Below, in pieces: positions 53,294 to 64,000 of a stretch of DNA of 64,000 nt. The stretch is taken from the NCBI RefSeq assembly GCF_009914755.1, contig NC_060938.1; one strand, given 5' to 3'. Position 1 is the first letter of the stretch. The number at the start of each line of letters is the position of its first letter. The notes under the pieces are model-generated. The model did not search any database. It was not told the origin of the DNA and worked only from the letters and a program-made list of their open reading frames with translations. Position numbers and translations under genes: made by a program. The DNA is from the human T2T-CHM13v2.0 reference genome, Homo sapiens.

Positions 53294-53811
53294 CTACAAT
53301 AAAGTGACAAAAATAATTATTTAAAATACTTTCATATAAATAAAATGAAATGTAAAATATAAATGTCAACTTAAGAAGAATAAAATATTTGACATGTAAA
53401 ACTGTATGATGTTACAATGGACAAACCAGTATCGTATAGCTAAAATGAAACACAGTCCACTAAAATGTTAGCACAGTCCACTGGTAATAAAAGCAAGTCA
53501 TGAAAAAGGACTTCATGAAAAAAAGCACAGTATCTGTTCAAGTTACAGCAGTAAGAAAACCTAATGGGCACTGTATAATTAAGAAAATCTGATTTGTAAA
53601 ATAACAAAAAAGGCAAATTATACAGTGACTGACTTATAAAAGGACTCTCCTCTTGGAAGGGATTTAACAGAGTTCCTTAATTATAAAGCTTTTTAAAGAG
53701 ATGATTTGTAGAATAAAATTTCATCAATACAGTCACTATGTAAGGTAAATTTGCACACTGCTTAATTTCCTCTGTTTTGATTGTAAAAAAAAAAAAAATT
53801 AGACGTTAATA

Positions 53812-54460
<649 letters not shown>

Positions 54461-54710
54461 CACCATTTTCCCCCAAGATACAGTACCCAACATTTCTCTT
54501 TCAAACTAATACACAGCACACTGGTAGGAATATAAATATTAGTATTTTCAAATCTCTGAAACATATATTACCATTACTGAATATTTGCATTAAATCTCAA
54601 GACAGAGATTCATTAAGACATATTATACATCCTAGCAAAATTTAATAGCCCCCATTTAAACCTTTTAAAAAATCTATGATTATGGTTTTAGGGTTTTTGT
54701 TTTTTCTTAC

Positions 54711-54873
54711 CACTGGTGCAGTTGAACACACTGGGGAAGATTTGGCTGATGCAGAAAACTCATCCCAGAAGAGAGACACTCCAGAGAGCTGAAGTAACTT
54801 GTGAGCAAAAGCAGTGGGTTGATGCACATTAATTCCTGAGGATTCGTCAGCAGTTTCATCACAGTACACAGTT
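54711..54873 (-). CDS. ATG2B: ATG2B exon 5 (163 nt)
   Basis: cag|TVYCDETADESSGINVHQPTAFAHKLLQLSGV...STAPV|gtaaga. Confidence 0.95.
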
Positions 54874-54913
54874 CTGAAATTTTTTTAAAAAGCATTTACA
54901 AAAAGCTCCTAGG

Positions 54914-55019
54914 GGTGCAGCGCACCAGCATGGCACATGTATACATATGTAACTAACCTGCACATTGTGCACATGTACCCTAAAACTTAAAGTATAATAA
55001 TAATAATAAATAAATAAAT
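54914..55019 (+). mobile_element. extremely 5'-truncated young L1PA (PA2/PA3-like)
   Basis: 'ggtgcagcgcaccagcatggcacatgtatacatatgtaactaacctgcac...cttaaagtataat' plus tail; aaaa(g/t)ctcctagg duplication. Confidence 0.9.
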
Positions 55020-56245
55020 AAAATCTCCTAGGAAAACCTATTTACAATAAGAAACGCACATAGCTTTTTTAAGTTAAGGGGTTTTTTCAAGTGTTAGCAC
55101 TTCTTAGAATATGCCTATAATATGGTCAGTCTCACCATGCTTTACTACCATAAATATTTTCATGAAGAGGTCTTAACTCCAAAAAGGTAACTTTATGAGG
55201 CTTAAATTGAGAGAAAAAAATTAATAACTCCCTTAAGTTAGTTTTAAGGAAAACAATTCCTGTACTCCCCCACAAAACATCTCTTGGTAACAGTGTGACA
55301 GCATTTGGCTCCAAGTCACAAATGACGTTTCTTGAATTCCTATATGTGACTAATTTTCAGTTTAAACAAAACACATAAGGTGGTTCTAAATGCATGAAAT
55401 TTTAGATTTTTTTAAATCTACTATTTAAGGCAATGGACCCTTATTCCAAAGATCTGCTAACAATAACTGTTTTACTAATAGGTGTTTTGTGAAAGACAGA
55501 AATCTTAACACAGCTGCTTAAAATTCAGTAGAGACCCCCAGTAGATCCATGTACGAAGTGTCTCTGGTGCTCATGCAGTGTACACGCTTCATCCTGCTCA
55601 TTTCTGTTGGCAGTTCATACAGCATTAACACACGGGTGACCAGTTACTGCCTCAAATCAATGCTTAGGTGTATGTATGTAAATTAACCTTGCTTTACAGC
55701 TATGTATAAGAGCTTCAAGTGGGCATATGCAAAAAACTAAAAGCAACGTACTTATATTTTTTTAAGTAAATATTGCACATATTAACCTTAAAATAATCCG
55801 TAGAGGATCCTCAAAACAGTGGCCTTAGCCTTTCTCACTAAAGCAGCACTTAGATTAAGCACAGCAAAACAAAAATGTCTTTCACGTTAATGAAATATGC
55901 CTAAATATTGCATTGTTAATATGAAAAAACTGAAACTTTCCCACAGGAAAGCCTTAAATTCAGTGGCACTCAAATGCTTATTATTCTGATCTGATATTAA
56001 CTAAAACAGAATAACTTGCTTTAAATTCAACATGGTATTATATATAATTATACCCCAACTGGCACTTTCAAGTTTTCAATAAGGGAATTAGAATAATAAA
56101 ATTAGCAAATAACTTGAAGAGCAGCACTTTACTCTGAAATTATGCAATATTTTCATATCATTAGCTCTAATCTCCAAAACCTCCCTGAAAATGTAATATC
56201 AGAGTTACAATAGGGTCATTTATTTTCAGACATAAGAATTCTTAC

Positions 56246-56348
56246 CTTTCTATTCGAATTTCAAGTGCAGTTCCAGTTTTGGAATTTTCTGGCACATGTT
56301 CAATTCTCAAAACAGTATCTATAAAAGTGACTTTTACTCTTCTTAGTA
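56246..56348 (-). CDS. ATG2B: ATG2B exon 4 (103 nt)
   Basis: tag|(V)LRRVKVTFIDTVLRIEHVPENSKTGTALEIRIE(R)|gtaaga. Confidence 0.95.
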
Positions 56349-56824
56349 CTAAAGTAAACAAGTAATTGTCAACGTAAGAGACCACATATATGCTAAATAA
56401 AAACCTCCAAAGAAATAAATAAGTACTAGTTTGATAAGAACTTTTGTTTACAAAATAAAGAAGCTGAATTTCTTTCCATTAAAATCCTTAAATCCTGAGT
56501 TTTGTAATAAATATTTTGTCTTACTGAGCACTTAACCATGTTACATCTCAACAGATGCTTGGGACAACGACTAACACTATCTGTTGTATTCTAATCCATT
56601 CACTATGCAAGCATAATAAATGGAGAAACTAAGGTACAAAAAAAAAAACAACATGCAATTAAATGGAATATTTAAAATACCTCAATTCTAAAGTTCTGAA
56701 GTGGGAACAGTAATTCTTTTAAAAATCCATTCCAATGGATTTGCCTTATACAAAGCTTATTACATGAAGGTACAAAACTACTAAATCAAATCTAAATTTT
56801 TGAAAATTCTCAGTAACACCAAAC

Positions 56825-56977
56825 CTGTTTCAATGGTTTCAGCAAACTTTTCAAGTCCTTCAAAAGGCTGGGATCCTTCTCCTTGTTCATCTGTTAGTTT
56901 CTGGCTAAGACATTCTTTTGCCAATTGCATACTGCTGGTCATAAAACTTGACCAATACATAGGCTCAGAACCAGTTG
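56825..56977 (-). CDS. ATG2B: ATG2B exon 3 (153 nt)
   Basis: cag|(A)TGSEPMYWSSFMTSSMQLAKECL...FEGLEKFAETIET|gtttgg. Confidence 0.95.
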
Positions 56978-57309
56978 CTGTGGAAAATATAAATTAATCC
57001 TAAATAATTTCTTAAGAGTTACAACAATGCCAGTTCTTAAAATAATACATTTCAAATAGACAAATTCTTAATCTTTTAAGAGATTTTTAACATCATGGTG
57101 TTACCCAGGTAAACAATATTCTAGAAAGTACTCTTGAGATTTAAAATCACCTTATAATAACCAAGAAGGAAAAAAAGATCACAGAAAAAAGTCCAGAGAA
57201 TGTGCTCTCACAACATGTTATATTTTACCAAATATCAATTCATGTATTCATTCAACAAATACTTAATGGATATCCTACAGATGCATGGAACTGTTCTAAA
57301 TATTATAAG

Positions 57310-57531
57310 CAGGGGTTGACATACTTTTTTCTGTAAAGGGTCAGACAGTAAATATTTTATATTTTGTGGGCCATATGGTCTGTATCACAACTTCTCAACT
57401 CTCATATTATAGCACAAAACAGCCATTAAAGTAAATAAACAAATAAGCATGGCTGTGTTCCAATAAAACTTTATTAACAAAAACAGACGACAGGACCAAT
57501 TTGGCCTGCAGGTTATAGTTTACTAACCCTG
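57310..57531. mobile_element. MER58A-like hAT-Charlie element
   Basis: TIRs 'caggggttg'/'taaccctg'; 'ctgtaaagggtcagacagtaaatattt'. Confidence 0.8.
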
Positions 57532-58770
57532 CTGTTGAAAGTAGAAAAAATAATAGTAAATTCTGCCCTCAGAGAACCTACTATATAGTTAAAGAAATAA
57601 GATACGATTAGTAGACAACTATTGAATGTCAACAGAAAACATTATGAAAGCTAAAAGAAGAGGTTAATTCTTCTTTAGTTAATTATTTCCTTCTAGCTGA
57701 GAAAATTAACAGGAAATGTGGCAGAAGTAGTAGATGATACAGGCTTTGGAAATTAGTATATATGTAGATAAAATAAAAGAGCATCCTTGGAGGAGGAAAC
57801 ATATGAGATGTGAAAAATCATTTCCAGATCTTCCCTCATGAGAAAATTCTCCCCACACCTCCCTACATTATTCAAAGCAAAGTGACAGAGATTGCAAGAA
57901 TTACTGCCTTCCAAAATGGAATTTAAAAGTCTTTCTAATGGAATGCTTTAAAGAGAAAAATATTTGAAAGTTTGCCTTCCCATAGAAAAATATTATATCC
58001 ACTCATCATAGTTAAAAGATAGAATATTCTTGTAAATTAAATGCCAGATTACTAAAGACGATTTCCATGCATGCCTAATCGGTTTTCAAAATACAGAGTT
58101 TCACTTTAATTCTACTAAATATAATTTAAACTTTCATGTTTTGGGCAGTACTTGGGATTATAATTCTGTCATTGCATACCAACATACCTGTCACCTAGAT
58201 TGTCAATTCTATCTAATTCTATCATTTTTTTCTCTATTTATAAGTAGCTATTCTGCTATAAAGAAGAGCATTCCTTCTCCCTGTCCACCTTACATACTGA
58301 TTTATCTGTATCAGTATGGTCCTAGAGATTTTTTATTTCATGTGTTATAAACCATTATTGTCATCATTCTTTGTAATACTCAAATTTTCCCAAATATGGC
58401 CAAGGGAAGCCCCCTGACACTCAATCCCGTGTCCCTTTAACATTTTTCCAACAATCTTTGAGCATTCTTCTTTGCTTTCTGGCACAATACTTTTTGAATC
58501 TTTAAAACCCAAGTCTCATTTTAGATAACTGATAACAAATAATTAAATAAACCAAACAATCTGTATACTAAAGTTTCTGTGAAAAATCGGGGAAAGAAAC
58601 AACTCTAAATTTGTAAACATGCACATTCTACAAAGAGCCAAGTCGTAATGTATTATCAACTGAAAATTTCACAAATACAAAGCAAAAATACTAAATTTAA
58701 GGTAATCAGGTTACTTTCCCAGTCTCTGAAGAATAAAAACACATAAAACAGAAACATACAACACACCAAC

Positions 58771-58933
58771 CTGGGCGAGGTCTAGGCCGGAAGACCATTT
58801 CTAATCCTCTCACTTCCAGTGCACAATTATCCTGCAGTAAAGAGCCCCATGGAACTGACAGGGAAATTGACTGAATGAATCCTTCAGTGACTTCTAAGGG
58901 TGCATCTGCTGACTCCAAGATCTCATTGAGACA
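58771..58933 (-). CDS. ATG2B: ATG2B exon 2 (163 nt), chorein-N domain
   Basis: tag|CLNEILESADAPLEVTEGFIQSISLSVPWGSLLQDNCALEVRGLEMVFRPRPRP|gttggt; VPS13/ATG2 chorein-N (I/V)PW signature. Confidence 0.96.
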
Positions 58934-59054
58934 CTAAGGAGAAAAAACAGGTTCATTTTGAATCACAAGAACAAGAACACAAAGTTGTGAACTTATTCAA
59001 AGGTGTCAAATATGCCCACACATGTTAGGCACTAGGTATAAAGAAAGCAGAGAC

Positions 59055-60523
<1,469 letters not shown>

Positions 60524-60544
60524 AAGAAAGCAGAGACCAAGATA

Positions 60545-62130
60545 AAGATGATCTCGGTCCTCACTAAGCTTACAAGATAGTATACCATGAAAGAGACAAG
60601 TAATTAAAGTGTGATGATTATATACAGAGGAAACACACTGTGCTATTTGAACACATAATAGAACCTAACCTGCAGATTCAAGGCAGCCCACTTGAAGGAG
60701 TGCTATTTTAAGCTGGGACCAGAAGACCAGAAGGAGTTAATCAGGCAAAATGGTCCAGGCAAAAACAAAGCATGTGGAAGGATTCAAAGAAAGCAGAAGT
60801 CAAAGAAATACATGCAGGCATATTTGATACATCGCAGTATTTGAAAAAGAAAAGTTGCTTTAGGCTTCAGTGTGCCAGGGCGAAGACCCAGAGACAAGGC
60901 TATGTAGATAAAGAGGAGTAGGATCCAAAGAGCCTTGTAATGCATGTTAAAGCGTCTGAAATTTATCTTAAGGGTGATGTGAAGCCACTGAAGGGCTTTA
61001 AGCAAGGACGCCATGATGAGATTCAAACTTTGAGTGGGCCCCTTCAGTTGCCATGTACAGCATGAAGGGAAGATGCCAGCAGGAAGGCTGTTATGAGTAA
61101 TAGAAGCTAGAGAGGCTGGTTTGGCACAGATAGCAACACTGAGGACAGTCACAAGTGGATAAATTTTTGTAACATATTTAGGAAGTAGAATGATTAATTG
61201 GCATCATGAGGGGTAAAAGAAAGAAAGAATTATGAATGACACTTAGGAGGCTGGCTTGGGCAATTGCTTAGATAGAGGTGTCATTTACTGAGATACAGAA
61301 ACACAGGGAAGCAGGTTAGAGGGAAGATGAGAAGTTCACTTCCAAAGTACACATTTAAGGAGACATCTAGGTAGAGGTGCTAAGGAGGAAGCTGGAGCTT
61401 CCTCCAGCTAGAGCTCAGGAGAGCCATCTGGGTGGGAGATACAGATTAACATTACAAACACAGAGGGTAGGTCAGGTATGGTGACTCACGCCTTTAACTC
61501 CAACACTGGGAAGCCAAGGCGGGAGGATCTTGAGCTGAGCAGTTTGAGACCAGCCTGGGCAACACATCAAAACCCTGACTCTACAAGAAATTCAAAAATT
61601 AACCAGGTGTAGTGGCACATACCCGTAATCCCAGCTACTTGAGAAGCCGAGGTGGGAGGAATGCTTAAGCCCGGGAGGCAGAGGTTATAGTGAGCCAAGA
61701 CTGTGCCCCTATACTCCAGTCTGAGCAACTTAGTAAGACCCTGTCTCAAAAAAATAATAAAATAATAAACAAATGGGTAACTGAAGCCACAGCATGAGGA
61801 GAGAAATGTTTGGGAACTTATACAGTGTAAAATGAGAGGTGGCTTAAGACAGAACTCATAGACACCAATATTTAAGAAAAGGGTTATGAAAGAGGAGCCT
61901 GCAGAAGAAACTAGAAAAAAGCAAACAGAGACATAGAAGGAAAATTGAAAGAGGTTCATGTCCCAGAAAATCATGGAAGAACAACATGACAGAGAAGAGT
62001 GGTCAAGCTCAACAAAAGCTAACAAGAAGTCAAAGATTTTTAAATGTCTACTGAAATCAGTAATATTTAAAGTACTAGTGATCCCATTAACTGCAATTTC
62101 AGTGGCATGGTGGAGCAAACCAGACTACAA
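60545..62130 (-). mobile_element. L2 fragments
   Basis: purine-rich phrases such as 'gaagccactgaagggctttaagcaagg' and 'ggtgtcatttactgagata' typical of antisense L2. Confidence 0.6.
61470..61772 (+). mobile_element. AluJ
   Basis: diverged dimer. Confidence 0.87.
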
Positions 62131-62912
62131 CAGGAGACAGACAGAAAGAACGTAAATGCGATTTTTAAAAGACAATTTACTTTTCAAATTAAAATAACAT
62201 ATTTATTAAACGCCAGCTTATATGTAAAGTGCTTCCTGCATGCTATATTGCATAGGGTAGTATAATTCTTTGTCTGTACCCTAGTGTTGAATAGTGAGAC
62301 TTGATCGGCTCGTTTTATTTTTGGAGATCACTACTTTAAAAGGCTTTCTTCATGCTGACATTTGCATAATCCTAAAGACTTTCCCAGTAGTACATGGGCA
62401 TGGATGGTTTTAAGGTATAAGCATCCAAACATATTCTTTCCTAAAATGGACTGAGAAGACTACAGACAGTGGTGGCATCATGCTGGGTCTCCTGTCCCAT
62501 AGTTCCTTGTACAATCTTCCTTCTCCCATTTAGCCAAAATAGCCATATTCTTCCTCTCTTCAGAAATTCTCCCTTATGTACTGTCTAAGGTATAAAAACC
62601 TCCAGACAGGGCCAGCAGTACATTTTCTATCTTTTCCCATCTTATACTTTTTTTGGCATGACACTCAGAAATTCAAAGAACTCAGTGATGTTGCTCCTGC
62701 AAAATCTCTCAATTCTCATCTACTGATTTATAACATCAGTATTTCTCAAGCTTGTATCTACATTTTAATTTAGAATAAAATGTGTGCCGAGCCCTGCTGA
62801 ATTCCAGCTATAAGTATATTCACCTATGGATGCACTAACAAATTAGGGAGGAGGGGATCACAACCAACCTCTATCATTAAGAAATTTATTTCCAGTAAAA
62901 GTTTTTATGTTT

Positions 62913-63518
<606 letters not shown>

Positions 63519-63649
63519 TTTTTATGCTTATCAAAATGCATAAATTTATACTGTTTTGATCAACTATACACTTAACAATAATTGTAATTACAACACAATC
63601 CAGAAGAAAAGTAACACTTAAAGCCCCATGATTATCTGAAGGAAATAAA

Positions 63650-64000
63650 GTTATGCATCACAGAAGGACATCTGGTCAATGACAGACCATGTATAGGATA
63701 GTGGTCCTGTAAGATTATAATGGAGCTGAAAAATTCCTATCACCTTAGTGACATCGCAGCCATCATAAGGCAATGTAGCACAACACATTACTCACATGTC
63801 TGTGGTGATGCTGGTGTAAATAAACCTCTTGCTCTGCCAGTCATAAGTCTAGCACAAACAGTTATACACAGTACATAATACTCGAGGGTGATAATAAACA
63901 ACTATGCTACCGGCTTCTGTTTTAATACCTATACTATACAATTTAATCATTATTTTAGAGTATACTCCTACTTTAAAAAAAAAAAAGTTAACTGTAAAAC
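63650..64000. mobile_element. Tigger3/MER7-like DNA transposon, cut by window edge
   Basis: 'gtggtcctgtaagattataatggagctgaaaaattcctatcac'. Confidence 0.75.

Noticed and set aside
61567-62118. Longest ORF in the track (183 aa)
   Set aside because: Made of L2 and antisense AluJ sequence; no coding signature

Overview
Human (or very closely related primate) genomic DNA, AT-rich and repeat-dense. The whole window lies inside ATG2B (autophagy lipid-transfer protein, chr14q32), transcribed from the minus strand. I reconstructed 40 consecutive coding exons by hand (exons 2-41, 5844 nt, about codons 55-2002). Every splice phase joins without a frameshift or stop. Exon 1 and the last exon lie outside the window; exon numbering and the 2078-aa length are recalled, not shown here. 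Introns contain about 22 Alus, L1, L2, MIR, Tigger/MER DNA transposons, microsatellites and a U13 snoRNA-derived fragment. I see no foreign insertion, CRISPR array or second protein-coding gene, and I cannot claim a new biological system. The best unexplained signals are: a strong splice acceptor plus CpG-rich stem-loop in intron 36 that would act as a poison exon; a GC-AG intron 7; tandem splice sites; a twin-primed L1 nested in an older L1; a palindromic 28-bp AT minisatellite with flipped units; a tiny young L1 next to the exon 5 acceptor; and three coding alleles that differ from the reference protein as I recall it. Repeat subfamily names and boundaries are by-eye estimates.
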